Source: Thalia democratica
Taxonomy: Eukaryota
Direction of reading: 5' to 3'
NCBI GenBank assembly: GCA_965202585.1
Contig: OZ241834.1
Location: 2,108,001 to 2,172,000, forward strand
Length of the DNA stretch: 64,000 nt
Shown: one piece after another, positions 39,601 to 51,600 of the stretch
How positions within the stretch are numbered: the first letter of the stretch is position 1
Layout of the letters: each line of letters opens with the position of its first letter
The notes under the pieces: model-generated
Database searches by the model: none
What the model was told of the DNA's origin: nothing
Seen by the model: only the letters and a program-made list of their open reading frames with translations
Position numbers and translations under genes: made by a program

Positions 39601-42600
39601 ACGATTATTTTATATATCATGTCACTTAACTTTTCAAAGTGCAAAATTCTAATTAATAATCTAACACAGTAATTCTTAGTTTGAGTAAGCACTTTTGAGT
39701 CAAAAATATTGTGTTTACAATGCAACATATGAGCAAAGTTTAATTTAAAACCAGGATTTATAGTGCACACATTTTCTGTTCAGTACGCACTTTAACGCTA
39801 TGTTAAAAGTAAGTAGTCAAACGAAACGTACTAGACTAGAGGTGAACGTTCTTGATGATGGGTCAGATTTACTAGAAAAAAATTTCGCGGGCAGGAATTG
39901 TTATGAAAAAGTTTTTGTGTGTTGCGTAGTATTGAAAACTTCACTAAAATAATAAATCTCTAAATCCCAGAAAAACAATCATATAATAAGAACAAATCTG
40001 AAATCAAAGTAAGAACAAGAAAAAAAATTCTTAAAAATAAAAACGTGAGAGAATAGAAATTCCTGTATGGCAGACTATTAGTTGCTATTGAATAAATTGT
40101 AAGTAAATATAGGGATTATAATTGCCCCTTTAAATAAGTTGTAACAGACCACAGCTTTCTTCTAAATTTTTGGGAAAAATATTATTATATATCTGTTTAT
40201 TTCATGCTAGTATTTGTTCCTACGTCACCAAGTAAGAGTCTACTAATCACGCGTTATAAAAAAAGACTTTAAAAAAACTTCAGTCCTAAGTTTCCCACCA
40301 AATTAGACCAAGGACTTTCCGCATATTTACGAGTCGCAAATTTTCATATAAAAAAATTGCTCGCAGGTCACAAACTGGATAGACGCGGGCCGCAGTCGTT
40401 CAAAATAACTACACAGGGCCACTCGCTTTTAAAAATTGTTTTCCAGGTTTTTAAAAGTACACATTTTCGGGTCTATTGTTAGTTTAAAATTAAGTTTAAG
40501 GTAAGAAACTGTGTTGAACAGTAAAAAAAAAATTGAAAAGATACTGTAAAGCTATATTATTAAATATGTTTTTTAATAAACATATTTTTCGATGATGACT
40601 ATTTTTTATTTATTTATATGATAGATTTTTTGAGTCAAACCGAAATTTTACTACTGAACATGTGAAAATTGAAAAAATTCCAGGTTTTTCCATTTTTTTT
40701 TCAAAATTTAAGAAATTCTAGGTTTTTCCAGGTAAGGTGGCAACCCTGAATCACAGTAAAAAAGTAGTATTTTAAAGCAAAAATATATTTCAATAAGCAA
40801 TAACAAATCAGTTGTATTTATCAAACTAAGAGTCTAATTGTAATTTTCATCCCAAAAACTTTTCGCATTATTATAATAAAATATTTAACAACCGGAGAAG
40901 TAACTAGTACAATCAAACAGATAATTATTTATACTTTTTATCAATTTACGCTGCGTAAAGTCATCTTATACAACTTTTAGACATTTGCATTGGCTTATTT
41001 AGCTGATGACGTTTTTGGTAGTTGTACTATTTTTACCATCCAACTATTATTTAGTATCTAATTAAGATCTTTAGAAGATCTATTATAACTGAATTTTAAT
41101 TTCAAAGTTTGCTATTATTCACATGTGCACAAAAAAATTAACAATTTGAAGAGGAGATAAAGCTAATGGTGTAATAAACAACATATTTTATCATTTAATC
41201 GCTTTGTTAAGTTTCAATTTGGTTTGAATGTACATAATAACATAAAGCCATTAAAACTAATAACCGATTAATTTAAATATGTATGAAGTAGATTAAGAAT
41301 TTCTACTCGAGTTTTGTTTTTAGCTGATGTTAAATGCAATTTCTTTATAAAAACTTCCAAAATTGTGCACATAAAATCAGTGAATAAAAGTTTTTTAAAC
41401 ATATGTATATCTAAATATTAAACTAGACCAAGGTTTCCTCTTTAATAGTTTAAAAAGTTTCGATCAGATTAGTTCACCAGTTACGAGATGTATGTATAAC
41501 CATAGACTAAAAGCAATTAAAGTTTTGGAGCTATGTTACAATATAGCTTTAAAGTGAAACTTTTCTATGAACTGTATGGTATTATAAATCAGCATGATGA
41601 TATGTATCAATTTATACAATGTTCAAGAACTTTTATTTGGTTATTTTATATATTACGTCACTAAACTTATCACAGTGCAAAATTATAAATTTTAATAAAT
41701 ACAGTGATTTACCATTTGAAAACGCACTTTTAAGCCAAAAAAGTTTGAAATGCATTTCTTTACATTTAAACACAAAACCAGAACTTCTAAAGTATGCACT
41801 TTTAATAAGTACGCACTTTTGTTATGTACGCATTTTAGTTAAGTACTTTTGGGTTGCGTTCCAAACTCTTATTCAATCGCATTTAAGAAGCACTGCTTTA
41901 TTTAAAACAATTTTAGCTCTTTGATTGAACAAAATTACTGAAAAAAACTGTTTTCAATACATTTCTTATAACAAAACAGTCATAGTAAATCTATTATCAA
42001 TGTTTAAATCGTGCTAACTTTCAAAAAAGTGTGTAAAACATTATTTACAATAAATCTTTTGAAAATATTTACAATCTTAACCAACGGGCGCCGCGTGTAA
42101 TGGAGCAGACATCTATCAAAAATAATAAAATTTATTGTAGTATTATAAAGTTTCTTAAATTATTAATATCAAAATAAACTTTTGTTTACAAACGATTTGT
42201 TGTAACTGTAAAACTTTCAGCTCACAAAACATAAAGTTAAGGGTTTTTTTAATATTTGTAAATTTTCCTAAAAAAAAAAACACATCATGCGTCGCTATTA
42301 AACTGAACGAACAGTTACCAAGCAATATAAATATACTAATAAAATGTTTTAACTTTTGTTTGAAATCTGATTTTGATAAGTTTCAATTTCATTTCTATGT
42401 ATAGCTATACTAGTAAAAACAATTAAATTAAAAATCAAAAAAACTTATCACAACAATTATATAAATATGCACAGAATAATTAGTTTAGTAATAAATTATT
42501 ACAGATTTCAATTTACTTTAAAAACTAATGGTTTACATTTAACTTTATACAGACTTAAAGTTTACATTAAACTTTTCGTTTTTAGTTGTTAGTTAAATTG

Positions 42601-45600
42601 TCTAAAACTTAAAAAAAAACTTTGAGCATTTAAACCAGTAAATAAAATTTATGTGAACATTATTTTATTCAGTATATACTTAATTTAGAAAATTACTAAG
42701 ATATCAATTGAATTGCTCTTATTATAAAAAAAATACTAAACTGGTTAACAATAACAAAATGTTAGATATTAAATAAAAATGTATACAATTTTTTTTTTAT
42801 AACACAGAACTAACTTTTTCGTGCACAGTAAAAAAAAAATGCACACTTTTGAAAAATTATTTTTAAAGATTAAATAAGAACTAATCACTTGAAAGAAATA
42901 TTATTAGCAATATACACTACATTTATTTACAATAAACATCACAATTGCAAACACTAGTTTAAAATTAAATTTCATAATAACAAACAAAGTTGTAAAGCTT
43001 TGAAATTATATTTAAACAATATTTATCATTAATATGTATTATCTGTTTATTTATAATATCAGCTATGAGTCATAGTATGGTTACTAATATAAACAACTCA
43101 ATAAATATGGTTAACTTGTTTAGCAATTACTTAACAAAATATCAGTTTATAACTATAAAAATTTTGTATTCAGTTATTTTATACCAACTTTAAAATAATA
43201 CTTTCACATATATTGTTTTAATTCTACATTTTCGTCTAAGTAAAAACAACTAAAGTAAGGTATTCCTACTTTAAAAATTTACTTTACAACAAATTGTTTA
43301 AACAATTTAAAACTTAAAATTTTCTATATTTTCAGTTTGAAAGCGTTAAAATGAAAAAAGTTTGAAGTTTATATTTATTCAAGATTTATAGAATACAACT
43401 TTTCTATAAAATATTACACGTATAACATTAAAGTACACGAATAAAAGATTTCACAGAAATATAGGAAAATTTATAATAACAATGAAAATCTGAAGTGTTG
43501 TTTTTATTAACACTTTTGTTAAAGAAACTGTTAAATTCTACTGTAAATATTATTTTTAATACAATTTATGGGAAAATTTCCGTGAAAAGCTACTGTATAA
43601 AGTAAATGCTGCTTTAAAAAATATTTTTATCCAATTTAAATAAAGTAGTTTTTTTAAATTTGCTAAAATTTTTTATTTTACTATATTATTGCTTAAATAT
43701 AAGAATACATTTAAATAAACGTTATGATAGTTTACTAACAGTTTAACAAAAAAAGTTTATACAAGAAAATGTAGAAAATATTTATACTTTTATTTAAAAT
43801 GGCTCTACTTAAATTAATTTTGTTGTTTTATTTATATTACTACCACATATTTAATTATATTTAAAATGATACACGATTAAGACGTAATAAAGAAAATTAA
43901 AACAAAGGAAACTTTGACAAATATTACCTTCAATTAGAAAAAAAAAAGTTAGTCAAGCAAACTAATGACGTTTTAAACTATCTAAACATTTTTGATATTA
44001 TCTATAAATGGCATAATTAGTAGAAACATTCATTAAACTGACTACTTACTTACAATAAATATTTAAATGGTAAGATTTTAGTTATATATAAATAAGGTTA
44101 TATGATAGAATTTCAACTTATTATTTTTGGTAAAAGTTTCACTTAAAAATGTTCTACTACTATTTATAGTTTGCAAAAAGAGTAATTTAAATTTTGTTGT
44201 TTAATTGAAGTTTTACCACTGTATTGACTAGTAACATTTAAATGACTTAATTTTAAGCTAAAACGGATGTTCTACATTTATTTGTAAGTTTTTTAACCAC
44301 TTTTTTATTTATGAGAAATTATATGATGATTCACAACTAATAAGTTTAAAACTTATTTTAACATAATAAAATTTTAATCAATTTTAAAAACAAGTCAACA
44401 TTTGAACTATAAGATTACCTTAAAAAATAAAAGTTAGCTAATAAAAAATCTATACTCTAGATAAATTTATGACAAGCTTCCTGTATTCAGTAAAATTTTA
44501 GTTTTCATTTGTATAGCTACATTAAGTTTAGGAATAATTATATAATCTTTTTATATTAAACATTGTTGAGTAAAAAAGGTGATATTTTTCAAAAGATAAA
44601 TAATGAATATTTACATCAAACACATAGCAATTTAAAAATAGATTTAAATAGATGTTAAATAGTTCAATACGTACAGTAGATAGGAATTAGAAACAGCATA
44701 AGTTTTCAACTTTGAATTTCAGTGTTACCTTTTTGAACTTAATTTAATTTTTTTAATTAAGACTTTACTATAATTTATTTTTAAACAATTTTAGCTAAAA
44801 ATTTAACCTAGCAACTAATAACATAATAAAATGTTTATCAACATTTTCGTAGAAGAAATTACTTTGTAACAAACACATCATTAACATTATGATGTAATAA
44901 AAGATAAGCCAAATAGAGATTATAGTTCCATTTCTTTTAAATATGAAGGTAAAAAAAATTAAAATATCATAAAAACAAAGTCTTATGATTAAGTAAATAA
45001 CTATTGAAACACATGTACATTTTTACGAGACGGGTCACTTTTGTTAGAGTGACAGTTTTGCATTAAGCGTCAGTTTCGCGGGAAGACAATTTTGCACGAA
45101 GCGTCAGTTTTGCACATCAGAAAGAACCGCTTACCGACCAAGGGTTAGCGGTAACAGTAGTAGTATAAAAAAAAGTTTAAACTTCGTGTAATTCTGACAA
45201 CTACCCACATTTTTAATTAATAATTACCTATTCTAATTATTAATTTTTACTGAATCGTGGGGATACATTTTTGAGCTTGAAATCAGCTTATATAAAACAG
45301 TTTAAACTAAGATTTTTTTATAAAACAGTTTAAAGTGTGCTCTTAGTTTGATTTTCAGTTTACATTTTAGTAATAGTTAATAAATTGATCATTTGAAATT
45401 AATATTAACTAATGGTCCGCAAACATGTATTTTAACAAGTCTGGCCCGCAAAAAACTTTTTTGGTAAATTAGACAAGTTGACCAGGAAAGTTGCAATAGT
45501 ATAAACAGAAACTGTTAATTAAAAAAAATAATAACATATAGCAATAATAAATAAAACACTCTTACAATTATTAACTGAAATTCCTGTTCCCAGCTTCCCA

Positions 45601-48600
45601 TATTTTATTCAATAAAATAAATATAATAAAAACACTAACCAATTCTCCAACGCCACTCTTGCAGTCGCTCAAACCAATACCGGCCCCTGACCCTCCAAAT
45701 TTGCCATCCACGCACTTTCTTGTTAGGGGATTTTCTATTCGGCCCCACGCCCCTGAAGGTTTCTCAATCTCCGGGAAGCGACTGTTGAAGTGATTGATTA
45801 ATTGAATTAATTCTTTTTTATAAATTTAAAGCTGCTGTTTAACTTTTAATAGTTTAGAGTTTAATAAAACCTTCCACTTTATAAAATACTTATTTTAAAA
45901 AGGTTGTAATGTTACACAAAGTAAATTAGTAAAAATGTGCTTAAATTGTATTCTACACAAAACTCTTATTATTTAGCTATCTAAGTAAACAATTACTATT
46001 ATAAATATAATAACTATTTAATATATTCTTATATAATATAGCCTTATGTGATTATTGTAATATTTTTTGATTGAAAATACATACGATACAGCTATAACAA
46101 AACATATATTACACCCTGCTAACTATTTGACATTGTTGTTAATATTGAACAAATTAAAGCGAAAAATAAAAAGAATTTTATAAACCAATAAAAAACTCTA
46201 AGTTGTAATCTTGTTAAATTGTGTTTTAGTTTTTTTAATAATAAAAAAACTAACGCAGAAATATCGTATGCAATGGTCTTCATAAACCACTCAAATGATC
46301 TACATTGCAATCTGTCTCTTATCGCATACTGCTCTGTTAGGTCGCCAGCATCAAGACTTTTGACTTCTGGTCTACGCCTGTGTATTAATTATAAAATAAT
46401 ACATATATTAAAATTATTATGCATATAATACATTTAATTCATTAATCATTAAGTCTTAATATATTAAAAATGTATACACAAATACAAGTCTTCGCCTGTA
46501 TATCAATCAAAATAAGACATGTTTAACAAGTAATATAAATTTAAAAGAAAAATATCGATAACATTTCATGCTAACATAACTTATATTTTTGGCTATAAAA
46601 TTTTGTTAACAAGTATGTAAATATCAGAATGTTTAATTTGGTTTAAACTTTATTATAGTATACATAATAAATACTATTTATATGTATACTTACATCTAAA
46701 AATAGTTTAAATAATAAGCATTTATAAATTTTTAAGCTTTCATGTAGAAAAACTTGAAATATTTAATAAAAATAAATATTATATAAAACTTACATGTAAA
46801 AGTATTTTGCATAATCTCCCCACCATACATCAATGACTCTTTTGTAGTTCTGTTTGAAAATATTAACTATATATTAATAAATAAAAGTATGTTTGGATTT
46901 ATCTAACTAATTAAATTTCTAAACATTTTTAAACTTTTTAGTAGTGTATTTATTCAAAAAAACAACCTTTAATTTAAAAATTTATTTTTATAAACGTGGT
47001 AATAAGTGCATACTAATGTTATGAGCAATCTAGTTACTTATTAGTTGTGTGGTTATTAAAACGAAAATTTTCGAATTCAAGATCACAAACAGTTACAATA
47101 AGAAAAAACTGTGCAAAAAATAGTTTTCAATTAAATAGTTTTATAAAAATTTTAAGACATAAAAGTAGTTCAGGTTGCTAAAAAATATTTGACAATAATA
47201 ATAATCTATTGGTTGCAACGTATGTTTTTCAAGTTTTAAAGACTTAAAAAATACTTGTGTAAATTTAAACCAAAACCTGTAAAATTGATAAAACAATTTT
47301 AATTTTAACAACTTAAAGTATACAACAGTTTAATTTAATCTAAATAGTGAGATCAACTTTTGTGGTTTAGTAATAACCAATTAAATACTTATAATAGATT
47401 TAAGCGGCAATAGTCTAAGTATAGTAAAAATCAGTAATATTCAAAAATTAAACTCACTCATAAAATAGTGAAGCTGCTAAACAAATAAAAATTAAACTAA
47501 AACTACATTTAACATAATGCTTATTGTAAACTGCGATTTAAAGATTATATAAAAAAGTTTTAATATAGATAAGTAACTAAGTTTTAAAATAGATAGGTAA
47601 GTAAGTTTTTATACACTTAAGTATATATTTTGTATATTTATCATTCTACTAATTTTACTATAGGTTAATAGGAGAATTTCAAACTTCGATAAAAATTAAT
47701 AAAAATAAAATTAAGGTATTGAAAAATACTATTATCAAACTGAACTTTTAAACTTACTACTTCAATATAAAACTAAGTACTTTAAAATACAACAAATAGT
47801 AATATAAGTGTTTTGAAAGTTTTCATTCAAGTACTTTTGCATGAAAAACAATTTGAAAATTTATAAATATTTAATTTAAAGCAAACATTGAGGATTTATA
47901 CAGAAAAATAATAACACATAATTGTTTGAACTGAAAAATATTTAAACTTTTATAAAACTTATTATTTCAGGGTCGCCAAAAGTTTTTGAGAAATTTCTTC
48001 AAGGTTTTCAAAAGTACAAGATTTTGGGTCTATTTTTAGTATAAAATTAAGTTTAAGGTAAAATATTGTTAAGTTACATTAAAATTTTAAATGTGTTTTT
48101 AATAATTTTTTCTTGATAACAAAAAACAATCATTATTATATATATTTGTACCAAATTAAAATTTGATTATTTTACATGTAAAAATTGTTTGAAATTACAG
48201 GTTTTTTAGCCTAAACTGTTATATACAATAAGTTACTTGATTTTTTAAATATTAGTACAAAAATTCGATTCTTGGTTTTTAAGTTAAACGTTCAAATGTA
48301 AATATAAAGTTAAGTAAATATTAGTTTAAATTTAAATAACTGTCAAACAAAATTACAGCGCATTTCATGGTAGTTAATTTAAAAAAAAGTATTATTCACC
48401 ATTTTTGAATAAGAAATATTTAATGAACATTATTTCATAACAACTTTATTTACTTTTTATGCAAAATTTCAAACATTTTTATAATTTAAAACTGTAAACC
48501 TAAACATAAGCTTATACTTGTTGTTAGCTTAATAATTTTCAATTTTTATTATCAATTTTAATTATCATAAATAGGATTAGTGTATACTCAAAGTATTTAC

Positions 48601-51600
48601 TGTAGTTAAGCAAACTAATAAATAATAAAGCATAAAAATGGTAAGTAAATTAGTGTAACAATGCGAAAAAAGCCAAAATTGAAAATATAAATTATAATTA
48701 TAAAGCTTGAACCAACACAAACTATATTTAGAAATTTATAAACTTTATCAAAAGAACAAAACTTTAATTAGCTAAAGTGTCTTCTAGTAAAGTTAAGTGA
48801 AAATTTACAATTATTTTTTATAAATTAATTTCACACAAAGTCCTTAACAATATTTTTGAATGAAATTACAAAACATGCATTTAAACTGTTAAAATTAAAA
48901 CAATTATAATAAAAAAATACTTTAGTATGGAAATTTTACTTAACAGATCAACTCAGAATCTTCTATTTTAAAAGACAGAAAATCGGGTCAGTAAAATGCT
49001 TTCATGCTAAATCTTATTAATCTAGAAATTATTTACTTTTTGTTTGAATTTTAAACACATCAAAGTAGTTTAATGTTTATTATTTTATTTGCAATAAGTA
49101 TTTACTATTGTAATCTATTATACTACAAGTACACGTGTATATGTATCTATTCAACTCTGTAGTTTATAAGTAACTTTTTAATTTACATAACAAAAATCTA
49201 TTTATCAGAAAACCATGGTAACAAACCCTGTTAGTGAAATTGGGGGGAACATATGCGGGTTGCGGGTTTCCATGCCAACCAGGTAACCGGTACACGTGAC
49301 CAACCCTTGAACATGGGACAAATAACAACTGACCACCGCATTGCCATAACTGTGAGAAGAAAACAACAAATTATATTATTTAATATTTATTGTATACTGA
49401 TATGTAGTTTATTTATAGATTATATACTCTTTTATATATTATACTTTTTATTTTCAACTCGAGAACATGGAACAAAAATAATTGTCCCCTACATTGTCAT
49501 AACTGAATATGAAAATAATTCAAAATTACGTATTAAAACTTGCATTTTTTAATTAAAAAACAAACTAAATATATTTTGTTTTCTAGATTTAAATAAAACT
49601 CTACACTACAGTTTAGCTTTAACTTTAAAACAAAGTGAACATGTTTAAATAAATCAAACAAACTTTGTATGAAATTTCGAAATTTTCTCCACCCCAAATT
49701 TCCAGACCCGGATCGTAAAGACCGATTTCGAAGAAATATTCTCTGGAAATTGCGAACAAGCCTCCCGCCATGGCAGGTGACCTAAAATCAAATTAACAAT
49801 TAAGTACCAGTAAAAATTAATTATTTTGTTTTATAAATGGCTGGTGACCTAAAATCAAATTAATAATTAAGTACCAGTAAAAAATTAATTAATAAGTACC
49901 AGTAAAAAATTAATTAATAAGTACCAGTAAAAATTAATTATTTTGTTTTATAAATGGCTGGTGATCTGTTAAAGTTTAAAAAATAAGAAAAAGATAATGT
50001 AGTATACGTACCTTTTCAAAAAAAAAACTTAAGTTATTGCAAAGAGTCTCACTGTTATAACTAGTGATAAAAAATTAATCAATAAAACAATCTGTTAAAC
50101 ACATAAAAGAAAATTGTTAAAACAAAAGTTTTTTCATGGTCAAGAGTCTAAAACAAAAAATTAAGCAATACATATTGACTATATTAATAAATTAGTAGTA
50201 AAGCTCAGTTATCCATGCTTTTAACTTCTTATCTTTCTCGTTTAAATAAATAAAAACATACTATTTATTAAAATAAAGTAAGTAAACAACAATTAAATAA
50301 CATTTTATACATACTTATAAGGTTCAGTGATCCTGGTTTGCAATTTCTTTTCAATCTTGGTTAAGGGGATTCTTTTCCACGTGAGGCTCCAGTCCCAAGC
50401 CCCTCTCGCGTGCCCATTCTCATCACCGCCCGCTTGCTCTGTGAACGTGTACCTGTTATGACGTCATAGTGGTTTACGTTTGTCATGTATAAAAAGTAAA
50501 CAAAAATCGAAAATATATTGTGCTCGGATGAATTTTGTGGTAATAGAAAAGCGAATTAATAATTTTACATTAATAATAAAAGTGTATGACGCCTTTATGT
50601 ACAATACTCAATAAACAAAATTAATTATATATATTGATAAAACTTGGAAATAATTATATTAGTTTCGAAGGACGTGTATTTGTTTAATGAGAAGAATTGT
50701 AAAAAAAATATTTGTGTTTTTACCAAAACAACAATTAATAAACTATGAAAAATAACTTAAAGTGGTTTTTATGTTGTTTAAGTTGGTTAAGTGTTATTAT
50801 GTCACATAATGAATCATACTTAGTTTTTATAATACGAACTCAAAAACTGAACTTTAAAAACAAATTAAACATTTTAAAATAATTTTTTACCATCATAAAA
50901 AATAATTGCATGTAAATACTTTGCAGTGTTTTATTATTTGAGTAATAAGTATTGTTAAACATTATAAAACTATTTAAAATTAAATTTAGTATACAAGTAA
51001 ATTATTTAAAAGGCTATTTGATATAGAAAACAATACCTTTTTCAGCTAATATTTATAACCTTTTCAAAAGCTTTATAATGATTTGTATCAAATTTAATTA
51101 TTATTAATATCTGAAAAACACAATGAAATCTTTTTTGTTACTTTTTTTAAACAAAATATACACAGAATCCAATTCAAACAAGTATAACTCATATTTTTAA
51201 CTTACTTATTGCCATCAATAACATCAATCAGAGGAACAGTGCAAGCTCTATAATCGTTCATAATCGGTGTTACTAATGGTGGCAACCAATTGGGCTGGGC
51301 TTCACAATGGGCATCTAAGTACACCAAGATCTGTTTATTAAAGACAATATTTTTTAGTTTATTTGGATCAAAAAAGTTTATTGCGTCTAAACCATATCTT
51401 TTTGTTTAGTACAGAACGAAATATTACTCAAAATAAAATTAGAAAAAATATTAATAAGAAAATATCCAACTACAAAAAAAAACCTCCAGTAGCTTTGTTA
51501 GCACCAATAATCAAGTAAAAAAAAAAGGAGTATCTTACAAAACTTGATATCAGCATGTTATTTTTTACTATAATTTGTGCTTAGTTCAAAATAACATAGT

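Larger units (their letters stand above)
32400..41050. repeat. Decayed tandem array of about four 2.0-2.8 kb units inside the 13.9-kb GALNT intron
   Basis: Anchors recur in the same order: (A/T)CTCCCCGA at 32971/34987/36943; (C/T)ACGTCAC..AAGAG at 33401/35450/37412/40220; AGATTAYTCAYATTAGCTTATTT near 33912/35896/38188/40980. Boundaries are approximate. Confidence 0.75.

Noticed and set aside
32499-41924. Short ORFs of 60-103 aa inside the large GALNT intron
   Set aside because: AT-rich, F/K/L/I-biased translations within repeats; no homology or splice support.
42084-42112. GC-rich GGGCGCCGCGTGTAATGG resembling a tRNA/SINE A-box
   Set aside because: No B-box or cloverleaf follows.
49782-49970. 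Short direct repeats as a CRISPR-like array
   Set aside because: Eukaryotic intron; the repeats are contiguous tandem duplications without unique spacers or cas genes.
50457-50468. Perfect CRE palindrome TATGACGTCATA
   Set aside because: It sits within the 3' splice-site region of an internal exon, and a single 8-bp motif is insufficient to call a regulatory site.
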